This document shows positions 37,505 through 49,999 of a DNA stretch of 64,000 nucleotides, piece by piece (within the stretch, counting starts at the first letter, position 1; each line of letters begins with the position of its first letter). Below the pieces are notes generated by a model. That model saw only the letters and a list, made by a program, of their open reading frames with translations. It did not search any database and was not told the origin of the DNA. The stretch covers positions 51,708,001-51,772,000 of the forward strand of contig NC_043001.1 in NCBI RefSeq assembly GCF_006345805.1, read 5' to 3'. Origin of the DNA: Octopus sinensis. Taxonomy: Eukaryota. A program made the translations under genes and the position numbers.

Positions 37505-38150
37505 TTTTATATTTTACTTGTTTCAGTTGACTGTGGCCATGCTGGAGGACCACTCTGAAAGGTTTTAGTTGAACAAATCAACCCCAGGACTTTTTTTAAA
37601 GCCTGGCACCTATTCTATCGGTCTATTTTGCTGAACTGCTAAATTATAGGGATGTAAACTCACTAACACTGGTTGTCGTGGTGATGGGGGACAAACACAG
37701 AAATATATATATATATATATACTTTATTTAAAAGCACCAGAAATTCAACAAAACTTGTTACTCGGAGTAACAAAGGGGTAGAGTAATATGCTTTATTTAA
37801 AAGCAGCAGAAATTCAACAAAACTTGTTACTCGGAGTAACAAGTTTTGTTGAATTTCTGCTGCTTTTAAATAAAGTATATTACTCTAACCCTGGTATTTG
37901 AGTACTCTTTTTTCCACCTTGTTTCACATTTATGTGTTTACTCCGGTATATATATATATATATATATATATACATACATACATACATACATACATACACA
38001 AAGGGTCAAAGGGCTTCTTTCAGTTTCCATCTACCAAATCCATTCACAAGGCTTTGGTCAGCCCAAGGCTATAGTAGAAGACACTTGACAAGGTGTCATG
38101 CAGTGGGAACTATGTGGCTGGAAAGCAAGCTTCTCAAGACACAACCATAT
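37505..38150 (-). mobile_element. SINE family A copy split at its internal microsatellite by a palindromic insertion
   Basis: Tail half 37505-37700, head half 38005-38150. Confidence 0.75.
37721..37947. repeat. Fold-back palindrome (58-bp arms, 1-nt loop at 37833) preceded by a ~52-bp direct copy of the arm
   Basis: 37775-37832 pairs with 37834-37891, and 37721-37773 duplicates the arm and centre. Confidence 0.9.
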
Positions 38151-38423
38151 TTGTATGAGAAAGACAGACTTAGACACAGACACAGGTACACACATAACTG
38201 TAAGACTGAGAAATTTGTTTCAGGCTCAGTTCCATGGAGCAGCACCATGAGCAAGTGTCTTTTGTGACAGTCTCAGGTTAACCAGAACCTTATGAATGGA
38301 TTTTGGTATATGTGCACATGTATGCATGTGTATTTGTGTATGTGCATTTTTGCTTACATCTGCAGCTATTTATTCAAGAGTCTTTCAAGTAGCAATGATG
38401 TTGGTACTTCTGTCAATATAGCA

Positions 38424-38697
38424 GGTAAGCGGGGTCACTCCGAAAAGCTCTATCTGTGACAATTTCATCTCAATCGAAGGAGAGGGGCTTTCTCCGTCCG
38501 GGTTGCGGATCTGTGGAATAAGCTGCCGGACGAGATAATGAAGATGCCGACGACCGCTCTGTTCAAAGTCTCTCTTGACCAGAAATGGCCTGAACTCTTT
38601 GCATGAACACCCCTGTACATAACTCCATGTCGCCCTACATGGCCTTACTTTTTGCTTTTTGAGCCAAAAAATTAACTTGATTTAACTTAACTTAACT
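38424..38697 (+). mobile_element. CR1-clade LINE 3' end
   Basis: RGHSEKLYL..RRGAFSVRVADLWNKLPDEIMKMPTTALFKVSLD C-terminal motif, then 3' UTR and (TTAAC)n tail. Confidence 0.8.
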
Positions 38698-39016
38698 ATC
38701 TGGCTGGAAAATAATTGCCAAACACCATGTTCCTCTAATCTACGGCTATTATGGAAAAACAAACATATGGAAACATACATGCATTGCAATATAGAGGACT
38801 GTGCTGGTACGGTCATTTAATGCTTATGGATGAAGACAGTTGCATCAAGAGGTGCAGATGGAACATGTGGTAGGGGTAGACCCAGTAGAGGATAACAAGG
38901 GATGGAAACTCCTGGTGGTTTGCTATACTTGAAATTGCACATATTTTCACATGTATTTTATTAGACTCTTCCACATCAGTTTTGGTTTTTAAGAGGAATT
39001 TAAAAAAAAGTTTTAT

Positions 39017-39410
39017 AGGCGTAGGAGTGGCTGTGTAGTAAGTAGCTTGCTTACAAACCACATGGTTCTGGGTTCAGTCCTACTGTGTGGCACCTTGGGC
39101 AAGTGTCTTCTACTATAGCCTCGGGCCGACCAAAGCCTTGTGAGTGGATTTGGTAGATGGAAACTGAAAGAAGTCTGTCGTATGTATGTGTGTGTGTGTA
39201 TAAGTTTGTGTGTCTCTGTTTGTCCCCCCAACATCGCTTGACAACCGATGCTGGTGTGTTTGCATCCCCGTCACTTAGCAGTTCGGCAAAAGAGACCGAT
39301 AGAATAAGTATTAGGCTTCCAAAGAATAAGTCCTGGGGTCGATTTGCTCAACTAAATGCGGTGCTCCAGCATGGCCACAGTCAAATGACTGAAACAAGTA
39401 AAAGAGTAAA
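39017..39410 (+). mobile_element. SINE family A, full length
   Basis: Colinear match to 4121-4522. Confidence 0.9.
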
Positions 39411-42400
39411 GGGTAAAAGAGTCTTAAATATGTTTGCTGAGACTGATATAAAGTCAGATAAATTGAGTGAAGCTAGGTTTATTTTATCTTACCAATTAAT
39501 TTCTTTAAAAAAAAAAGTGATGTAAATTAAGTTATGTCTGTATATGCTAGCAAGTCATCCCCAATTTTGAGTAACAGCAGTAAAAGTTAACAATGGAACA
39601 GCACTCTAGCAAAACTTTTTTTACTTGTCATTTAATGGTTAGGTCAGGAGGAAAAGGGCTGCACCCACAACCTTCCCAGGTCTCTAACGTTGGCAAGATA
39701 GTTTTTCTAATTTTGAATATCACAAAAGAAGGCAGGGTCCATAATACATTATATACTTCATTCATACTGTCTAGACCAGTCATTCTCAACTGGGGTCAAT
39801 ATGACCCTTGGGGTCCACATTAGATTTTGTTGTTATAACCTATGTGCAATAAATTGGTTATACTTTTACAATACATAAAATATTTCAATAATTTTTTTTA
39901 TGCAACTCCTAACAATATTTAATTGCAAAAAAAATATAATAGGAGTACAGTAAATCTATTAAAACCTCTAATGTATATTTATGATATCATAAGTAGATAA
40001 CTCAATTAAGGTATTAAAGATTTTTTTTACAAGAATATACATAACAAGATCGTTTTAATTTTAAGTTTTGTCATATAAATGAATTGAGTGAAATTAAGAA
40101 CTAAAGTATGACTAAAGTGAAATAGTTATTAAACACTGATTTCTTCTGGTTAGTCACAAGAATAATTTTTGTTGGGGTATATTGAATTAAGTATGTTAAC
40201 AGTATGTTATCAACCCTGCCAGAAAAGCAAAAACTCCAGTGTGAAACAATACCAAATATTAATAATTCAATTTTTCTTTTCTTTTTGTTTTCATTTATAA
40301 ATTTCAAATTAATTAAATTAAGGTGTGTGTTTATACAGGAAAACCAAAAACAGAGTGAAAAATTGAAAAACAAATTAAGATTATAATATGAATTCAAAAC
40401 AAAATTTAATAATAAAATCCTGAAATATAATTTGAAAATAATTAATAAAATCTCATTTTCTTTTCTGTATTGGTGAATTATATAACTTCAGCTTAAAACC
40501 CAAATTACCACCTCCACCACCAGCACAACTGAAACTGCCACCAGATATATGACAGACTGTTATGAATTTGTATTATTAGGAACACTCACAGTCCCTTAGG
40601 TTACAATAACACCATTCAAAGATTTAATCTTTGCTTTTATATAATTTAATTTAGGCAAGTTAACTTGGTGCAGTTCAAGTTGTTGTTGTGTGATGTTTAT
40701 CCACCATGTCAGTCCTGATATAGAAAACCTATGACCAAAGTTATCTAACCATGACCATCATGTCTTTTATTCTTTGTCTTTTCTTTATTGTATTTCAGAC
40801 AGTCTACTTAAGAACAATGTGTTGCTCATTTTCTTTAAAGATGGCATGGTGGGATTTGATGAAAATTTATTTCTTTACTGTTTAGTCACAGAGAGAAATG
40901 CCATGTTCCTCATATTTCAAGAGCCTCCAGGACTGGCAGATGGAAGAGAGGAAGCTATCCTTAAACTGGTGACCTAGCTTGAGTGCTTACAGTGTTACAA
41001 GGCTGGCCCTTTGAACTACAGGTAGAACTTACTTTTGCCAGGGGAGTGAACTGGAGCAATGAGAAATAAAGTGTCTTGCTTAAGGAAACAATGCACCACC
41101 AGGAAACAAACTCTTGCTGTTACAACCATGAGCTAAACACCCTAGCCACTAAGCCACATACTTTCTTTCAGAAGAACAACAACTGTTGTATTATCAGTCC
41201 ATCTCTCCCAACCTCTGTTATTGCTACCATAAGAATCTAAGGGTGCACAGGAACTGGGCAGTGCAGAAAATGTGGTACTTATAGCCTAACCTAATGGTTC
41301 ACTACTATATGGCCCTCAGCTAAGAGACAAGGTGTAATTGGAAAAATAAATTCATAGTTCATGCCTCATTGTCTGGCTGACTACTGGTGTACCTAAGTGC
41401 TGCTTTATCTGTACTGACTTGGAGGCTACACAACAAGAACAATTGAGAAGTATGGAAAACAAACTGTAGCTTGGTGGGATTCTAACACACAATGTAAAAG
41501 CATAAAAATGCTATCAAGAAATTTTGTTCAATGCTCTATGGCTTCTCCCATCCACTGGCAATGTAAATTTAATAATGTAAACTTTATTGGTGAAATTTAT
41601 GCATTATTGTGTTTAACTTTTGTCCCAATTGCAATTTACTTAAGAGCATGACACTTCGATATCTAGCATCACTCAGAAAATCACATCAAATCTAAGAGAC
41701 TAACTACTTCAACCCAAATGGATTCTAGCCATGATTTAGAAATATACCAATTTATTTAAGAGCACTTCATAAGCAAGATACCACTTGTTAGCAAATATTT
41801 ATTGGTTAAAAAATTCTAATAAATTAAATACTATTTGAAAGCTTCTGTTTATGAGGAATGATTTGATTAAGTATTGCACTTGGTTTCAACATTGATTGAA
41901 CAGTTTCACACTCTTACTTTAAGTCTTCTGACAATATTTTTGATTTATTTCCTAATTCACCTGGTGTATATTTTTCGTTTTAAAACATTGTGCCAATGTA
42001 AATAACATATTTTTGTTGTTAATGTTGTCCAGTCTCAAGCATAACCACAGCATGTCACGCAATCATGAAGAGCAGCATTTGATTCCACCACATGAAATCT
42101 TGGACAAGTGTCATATGGCATTGCCTTAGATCAATCCAAACTATGTGAGTAAAATTGGGCAAACGGAAATTGTGCAGAAGCCTACTGATTCTGGTGGAGG
42201 ATTATGTTATGGTTGCTTGTTCTATGGAATAATCAATAAGCAGGTAGCTCAGTTTACTAAACTTAACACCAATCATCTGAAACCAATGGAAATCCATTTA
42301 CTTAGTCTCAAGTTAACCCTGATTGAGCAAATTCTATGATCAAAAACATTCCTTTTTTACTACTTAGATAAGGAAAGAAAGGCAATGCATCATGTTTCTT

Positions 42401-45400
42401 TATTTCATTTTTCACCATGTGAAAGAAAAGAGAAAAGTTAACCTCAAACTAGAAACCTGACCTGAATGCATACAATACATGGGGCTCTGCTAAAACCACT
42501 CAAGGAGTATGTAGTGGTGTTAAACAGAATGACAGACTAGATTAAATCTACTATTCAAGATCTGGAACAAGAACCATAAGACAGGCAGGACTGTGTGATT
42601 AGGAAGCTTGGTTCTCAACCACATAGTTTCAGGTTCAGTTTGACTATGTGGCACTTTGGGCAAGTGTCTTCTGCTATAGCCCTGGACCAACCATAATCTT
42701 TTGATTGAATTTGGTAGGTGGAAGTTCCCATCATGTGTATACAAGTGTATGAAAGTACTTGTCTCATCCAATGCTTCAGCAATTCCACTAAACCATAATT
42801 CTGGAGTGGTATCCCCACAAGGATGAAATGCAAAGTTGACCATGGGAAGATTTGAAATTGGTGCAAAACATTTTGTCCTATGCTAGCAAGTTTTTCCTTT
42901 GCTAAGTAATTTGTCTTAGAGGCATCTAGGGCTACATTATATATTATTTCAAAATGTGACATTCATTGTAAAAGCAACATAACATGCTTTTTTCCTTTTC
43001 TTTCTTTCTTTTTTTTTTTTGCTTTACAGGTTTCTTCATCCATCATCATTTTAACATCCACTTTTTTCATGCCTGCTTGGGTTGGACAGAATTGAGGTGG
43101 ATTTTCTGGGGCTGGATACCCTTCTGGTTGCCAACCCTCACTTGTTTCCAAGTACAGTAATATTTCCTCATAGCCAGACATTCTCACAGAATACTGGAAA
43201 TGAATTACACTGCTTTTATGACAGTGACAATCATCTTACAACTATCACTTGATGTCAAGACAAGGAGACACACACTCACACATATATAATGGGCTTCATT
43301 CAATTTCCATCTACCAAATCCATCACGTTAACATCAACTTTTCATGTTTGCATTGGTAAATGGAATTTGTTGAGGTAGATTTTCTATGGTTGGATGCCTT
43401 CCTGTAACTAACCCTCCACTGTTTCCAAGCAAAGTAATATTTTTCCATGATCAGACATGTTCTTGTAGGATACTGGAAATATATATATATATATGAAGGA
43501 GGGAGAGATAAAATAATAAAAGGATGAAGTGAACTATAGACAGCAAGATAAGTAAAGAGTCTGGAATTGCAAGAAATAGAGTAAACAAAGCCATGAATTA
43601 GCATATGAACAGTTCATTTGAGTTGGTGAAACTGTGGTTAAAACCAGTGGAGAAAGAAATTAGTAAAACAGCCAATGTGAGAATACCAGAATCTAGACCA
43701 GAACTCTACATAAGAATACAACTGAAATAGAAGCATAACACAGATATTGTGTCTTATGCTAACTATTAATTCTATTTGAACTAAGCCATAAAAACTTTGT
43801 TAAACATTGTCACATGATGTCAAGACAAGGAGGCACAGACACACACATCATCATCATCTTCGTTTAGCGCCCGCTTTCCATGCTAGCATGGGTTGCAGAT
43901 ATATATAATGGGCTTCTTTCAGATTCCATCTACCAAATCTATTCTCAAGGCTTTGGTCATCCTGCAGCTGTAGAAGACACTTGCCCAAAGTACCATGCAG
44001 TGAGACTGAACCTGGAACCATAAGGTTGGAAAGCAAACTTCTTACCATGCCCCCATGTCTGTTTTAGTCTTCCTCTGTTTCTCCTAATGGCATAAAAGCA
44101 ATCACCTTGTGGTCTTGTTTCTATTTTCATTTCCTGAAACACCATCATTATTTAAAGTTTGCTTTCCAAGCTGGCATGGTTGGACAGTCTGACATAGAGC
44201 TGGCTAGGAGGGAGCTGTCCAAAGTCCAACTGTCTGTTGTGGCATGGCTTCTATAGCTGGATGCCCTTCTTAATGCCAACCACTTAACAGAGTGTGCTGG
44301 GTGCTTTTTGCATGTCACCAGTACAGGTGCATTAATACAGCAACGGCACAGGTGCATTTTAAGTGGCACCAAACCTGAAAGGACAGGCTTGTATGCATGG
44401 AAGACAGCGATTTTACTTAGCTTGACATGTCTTATCAAGTACAGCAAATCCTGGTCCCTAACCAGAAATTACACTGGATTAAATTTATATAACATGAGCA
44501 AAACGCCCCACCCCACCCCACCCCATCCAATGGACAGTGCTGAGTTGTCAAACATTTAAACCAAATTTTCTGAAAACAACTTGTCCGACCGTCCTATAGG
44601 CCTCCCCTTTGAGAAACACTGATTTAACCTAAATTTGAGACACCAGCAAAAGAAGAAATAAACATAGACTTTTTTCCAATTCCAAACAAAAACGATTTTA
44701 TTCACAGAAATATGAAGAGTTTAAAGTACCAGTAATGATAAGGCTGTTGACTGGGAGCACACAAACATGGTTTAAACAGCAAGCTTGGCAGGAAAGAAAC
44801 GTGCCTTTAAGCAGTACAAAAACAACAAAAAATGGAAGATGCAGTTCTGTACAGGTTGATGGAAGAAAAGCAGGACAAAAACGGCTTTATCAATCGCATT
44901 CTCACCTGGAATCGATTTTTGTAATTTTTTCAAGATTTATACACGCCCTGATACTATTGGTATCTACATATCAAATTTGAGCACAATCAGATGGAGAATG
45001 CCCAAGAGCCAAGAAGACACACACACACACACACACACACAGACAGAACGGATTTTATGTCAGAGGGTATATGACATATTCTTTCATTTTCTAAGAGGCA
45101 CATCATTTATAGAAGATTTATTTCCATTTTTCATGAAGCTTTTATTGTCATGTTCTAAATGTAAACAAACTTGCTTTCTCATTTGTAAGATTAACCCTTC
45201 AGCATTGAAACCAGCCATATCTGGCACAAATATTCTTCCCACTTTATGTTCACACTAGCCAGATCTGACCTCTTACACCTACCCTACATTGTCATTCCTA
45301 AAGTAAAGAATAACATCATTGAAATATGAAAGCTACGAGACACTGCTTGAGTAATTCAAAATAATATAAACATATAAGCATTACATTTGAGAGAATAATC

Positions 45401-45759
45401 TGAATGCTAAAGGGTTAAAGCATATAATTTAGATAGATGAAAGTAGGGAAAGCTATATATATATATATATACATATATAGTGTAATGACTGTAATGGTAT
45501 CAACACTATCTGGGTTACAGAAGATGCAAGGTTCAAGTTTTATAGGTAGAGAGGTATATTTCTGTGCAAATATATTAAATGACAGAATCACATAACAATC
45601 TGGACAGGAAAGGAAGTTATATGAGACCATGAAAACTTCATAATCTGCACTCATGTAATGTCACAGGTTGAGTTTCTTGTCAAGATAAAGAAACACTTCA
45701 GTTGCTAACCTTTACAGAAATATATATATATGTGTGTGTGTGTGTGTTGTGTGTGTGTG

Positions 45760-45797
<38 letters not shown>

Positions 45798-46619
45798 TGT
45801 GCGTGCATATGTGCGTGTATATATATATGTGTGTGTGTGTATGTGTGTATAGCTTATCCTCTATCTCTCAAGCACATACATGCATGCATACACATTTTTT
45901 TCTAACATGCATATATGCTTTCTCTCTTTCTCACAAACACATTCATACATTGACTCAATCTCACTCACACAAGCACATTCATACATAAACTCTCTTATAT
46001 ACATGCACACACACTATCTCTCTTTCAAACACATACATATACATAATGTTCTCACCCACTGATATGCAAACATGCATACATATATACTCACTCACACACA
46101 CACACACAAATACACTCATGCATGCACAGGCTCATCCACTAGCTCTATACACACATACATACAATACACACATCTAAATAAATATGCTCTACTGATGCTA
46201 CCTATCTATAACATACAGAATAGTGAATTGGTGGAATTGGTAGATCACTGGACAAAGCAGTATTTAAGGCCTTTGACATTTCGAGTTCAAATCCTGTCAT
46301 GGTTATCTCTACCTATCACTCTTCAGCAGTCAATAAAATAAAGTTCTAGTCAAGATCTGAAGGCAATTTAAGCAACAATACCCTCCCCTAAATTGAATGA
46401 CCATATCCTTGTTTTAGAAATTAATATTTACTATTATTATATAATTAATTAGGATGGTGGTACACCACAATTTGTAGAGCAACAAATAAAATGCCTTATG
46501 GTATTTAGTTACACCCCTTTACATTCTGAGACCAAATCTAGTTGAACTTTTATTTTATTTTACTTGTTTCAGTCATTTGATAGCAGCCATGCAGGGACAT
46601 ATTTTTAAACAACTGCTGT

Positions 46620-47400
46620 CCACATCCAAATGTAGAACTTGGTAAGAAGTGCTTTCAGAACCCACTTTCACTTTATTGAAAAATGTGAATTCAACCTCTG
46701 GATAATGGCATATGTCCTCTTAAATTTAAATATTGCTCTTTGTTTATGAGGTGCCTACTGAATGCAGTTAACCTTAGCAAGCAAATACAGGAGTTTCCTA
46801 AGGAACAAAATGTATTCAGATTACTCTATCAAATATTATGCCTATTTAGTTATACTGTTTTGAATTAATCATACATTATATCATACCTTCACGATTTTGA
46901 TGATGTGATTGCTTATTTTTAGAAAGACATTGTAGAGAGGGTTTGAGAGGCAGGAGCAGTCTGGTCAGCTTGAACATAAAACAAATATAATATTTTGGTA
47001 AGATATGGCCAGTATAATGCTTAAGTATTAAGGTATAGCTACCAATGTTTGGAGGCCTGTAAAGGCATTCATGCTGGAAAATGGATGGCATAAGTTGTGG
47101 CTTCTGGTGCCTTCATCAGGACTTTAGAAAATTGTGAATTTTGGAAAAAAAATGCTGATTATATAGGAATCACTTTCAATCATCATGAAGCTAATCCTTC
47201 TGCCAAGGGTCCTGCATCAAGGATGGCTGAAGATGATATTTAAAAATGAATGAATATAGATGATGCTATGACTAATATTCATGATTATGCTGGTTCAGAA
47301 ATTGTACAGATAGTTGTAAGTTTTGGAAAGATGCTGGGAATAAATATAGTGATGAAAATGAGAACGACATAATATCACTTGAAAGGTGAAGTGCTGTGGA
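46620..47400 (+). mobile_element. Highly decayed pogo/Tigger-like transposase relic
   Basis: IQPLDNGI (46708-46731, resembles the pogo QPMDQG motif) and GWHKLW at about 47080. No TIRs found. Confidence 0.4.
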
Positions 47401-47821
47401 GTCTAAATGATGCAGTTTTATAGCTAGACAGGGATATAAATGTTACATACATCACAGAAAGCCCTAAATATATGAAACAAATCAGCTTGAAATACATGCC
47501 TTCCTAGACAGACCGTGCTTGCTTGTATGTTCCAATGTATATATACTACAAGCAGAGATACCTGGTGCAGTTCAGGATTAAAATGGTTGCAGACAGTCTC
47601 TTGAGATGTTTGGAAGAATAACATGTAATAACCAAATGATATATATTTTTTACTCATCTGACAAAATTTTGCCCAATAAAATGTTTTAATTAATGGAATT
47701 TAATTCTTTTGAGCAAAATCGAAACAGCTGTAAGAGAATATGTTGAATTTTTGCAGTTAATAAATTATATTAATACTACCTCTCCATTTTCTGGATTTTA
47801 ATTTAAATAGCAATAATAAAC

Positions 47822-48125
47822 TTTCCTATGAAATACATTCATCATCATCATTTAATGTTTTCCATGCTAGCATGGGTTGCATGGTTCGACCGGGGTCTGG
47901 GAAGCCAGGAGGCTGCACCAGACTCCAGTCTGATCTGGCAGTGTTTCCACAGCTGGATGCCCTTCCTAATGCCAACCACTCCATGAGTGTAGTGGGTGCT
48001 TTTTACGTGCCACTGGCACAGGGGCCAGAGGAGGCTGGCAACATCCATGATCGGTTGGTGCATTTTACGTGCCACCGGCACAGATGCCAGTCAAGGCGGC
48101 ACTGGCATCGGCCATGTTCAGATGG
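47822..48125 (-). mobile_element. RTE-tailed SINE-like element (family D)
   Basis: Reverse complement of 49617-49888, (TCA)n tail. Confidence 0.85.
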
Positions 48126-48341
48126 TGATTATTCATGTAGATTTTTTTACTTTAAATTTTATTTGTATTACACTCTTTGATATGTATTCATCAATTACAC
48201 AAATAAAATTAAGTAAGTATCAACTATATTTCTTCTCCATTTTCTTATATTTACTTAACACACACACATATGTATTTGAGTTGGTTGAGCTGTTTGAGAA
48301 TGTAGTGGGAACAGATAGACAAAGGATTTTATATATATATA

Positions 48342-49586
48342 CACAGGGTCCGTAAGATATTTGAGGACAGATTTATGCTTATAAAAAAACATATATAATA
48401 ACAGATAATAACTTTATCAAAAAATGCTATGTGGATGAAAATAAAGCTTTTCTATAATGTTATTCAATAAAGCCACCTTCAGCTTCAACAAGTGCTTCTA
48501 TATGAGATCTAAATCATCTACATGCTTGAATCAAGTGGTCCTGGCTCATTTTGGACATTACTTTGACTATAGCAGCTTTCAAAGAATCTTTGGTGTTATG
48601 GGCATGTTCGATGACCTCTCTCTCAACAATGCTCCACATATAATAGTCCAATGGATCGAGATGTGAGGAATTAGGAGGCCAAATGTTAGGGGTTGTGTGG
48701 CCATGAAAATTTTTAGCCATCCATTCCTGTGTTACTAGAGCCATGTGTGATAGTGCAGAGTCTTACTGAAATACATATGGTCTTCCATTGCATACACAGT
48801 CTATCCAGGGCTTAACAGTTATTTCCAGGACCTCAATGTAGGTGGCAGAGTTAACTCTAAGGTCTTGTGGAAAGAAGTAAGGAGGCATCACATGTCCTTC
48901 ATTGCTGACAACCCCTAAAAGCATGACAGTTGCAGGAAATTTTGTATGCATAACACTTGGAACTTCAGAAGGGTCTGCACATAACCATGTCATTTCTTCT
49001 GTTAACTTTGTGATCTTGGTCAAAATTTTTCTCATTTGAGAAAAACCAAATCAAATCTTCTGCTGGATTTTTCAGTTTAAGAGCCTTTTAGATCTGATGT
49101 AGTGATTTTCTTTTGCTTTTTCTGACAAATTGACCTTTCCTCATTATAAAAGACTTATATCTGATGTCTTTGTAGAAAACATTTCTGACTGTTCCTTCTG
49201 ACACATGGAGATCTTTTGCAATTGACCTCATGGACTTTCTGGGATTGTAATCAGTGGTCTGCTGAACTTGCTGGATAAATTCAGGTATTCTGATGATTTC
49301 AGAGTGTTTAGAATGTTTTTTATGCTCTAATACTGGTGGCATATTTCCATTTTCAGTCTCTAGTTCCTTAAAAACTTTGTAGAAGAAAGATCTGGCAACT
49401 ATTAAAAATCGAGATATTTCTAAATTGCTATGCTCAGCCTTTATAACCACATTAACAGTATGCCACTTCATTTCTTGAGTAATCTGAGGGTCTGCTGTTA
49501 TTATTTTCTGAAACAAAGATTATACAGAGTTAGCCAAAAAATGCAGCAATGACCCAAAAAAGCTATGTCCTCAAATACCATACGCA

Positions 49587-49590
<4 letters not shown>
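48342..49590 (-). mobile_element. Full-length maT-type (DD37D) Tc1/mariner transposon, inactivated
   Basis: Degenerate TIRs (..ATTTGAGGACA / TGTCCTCAAATA..). ORF pieces 49516-48514 give YVFQ*DSALSH..WPPNSSHLDPLDYYMW, with 37 residues between the second and third D. Confidence 0.85.
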
Positions 49591-49616
<26 letters not shown>

Positions 49617-49621
<5 letters not shown>

Positions 49622-49888
49622 CGCATCGACTGGCCTCCGTGCTGAGGGCACATAAGAAAACACCATCCGAGCATGGCCGTCTGCCAGCCTCGTCTGGCAC
49701 CTGTGTCGGTGGCACATAAAATCACCCACTACACTCTCGGAGTGGTTGGCGTTAGGAAGGGCATCCGGCTGTAGAAACACTGCCAGATCTGACTGGCCTG
49801 GTGCAGCCTTCAGGCTTGCCAGACCCCAGTTGAACCGTCCAACCTATGCTAGCATGGAAAGCGGACGTTAAACGATGATGATGATGAG
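49617..49888 (+). mobile_element. RTE-tailed SINE-like element (family D)
   Basis: 3' end GCATGGAAAGCGGACGTTAAAC(GAT)n matches the LINE tail at 6684-6723. Confidence 0.85.
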
Positions 49889-49999
49889 ATATATATATAT
49901 ATAAGAGAGAGAGGGGGAGAGAGGAGGATGTGTGTGTGTGTGTGTGTGCTTGTTTATATCAGTCTGAAAAACAGTTATGATTTTCTTTATGTCAGCTGC

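Noticed and set aside
39776-39830. hAT-MITE-like end CAGTCATTCTCAAC (and GAGAAACACTG near 44611)
   Set aside because: No matching opposite TIR or TSD found nearby
44506-44524. (GGGGT)4 G-quadruplex motif on the minus strand
   Set aside because: Real motif but isolated, with no context suggesting function
47085-47125. Minus-strand CTGATGAAGGC
   Set aside because: No GAAA after a closing stem II
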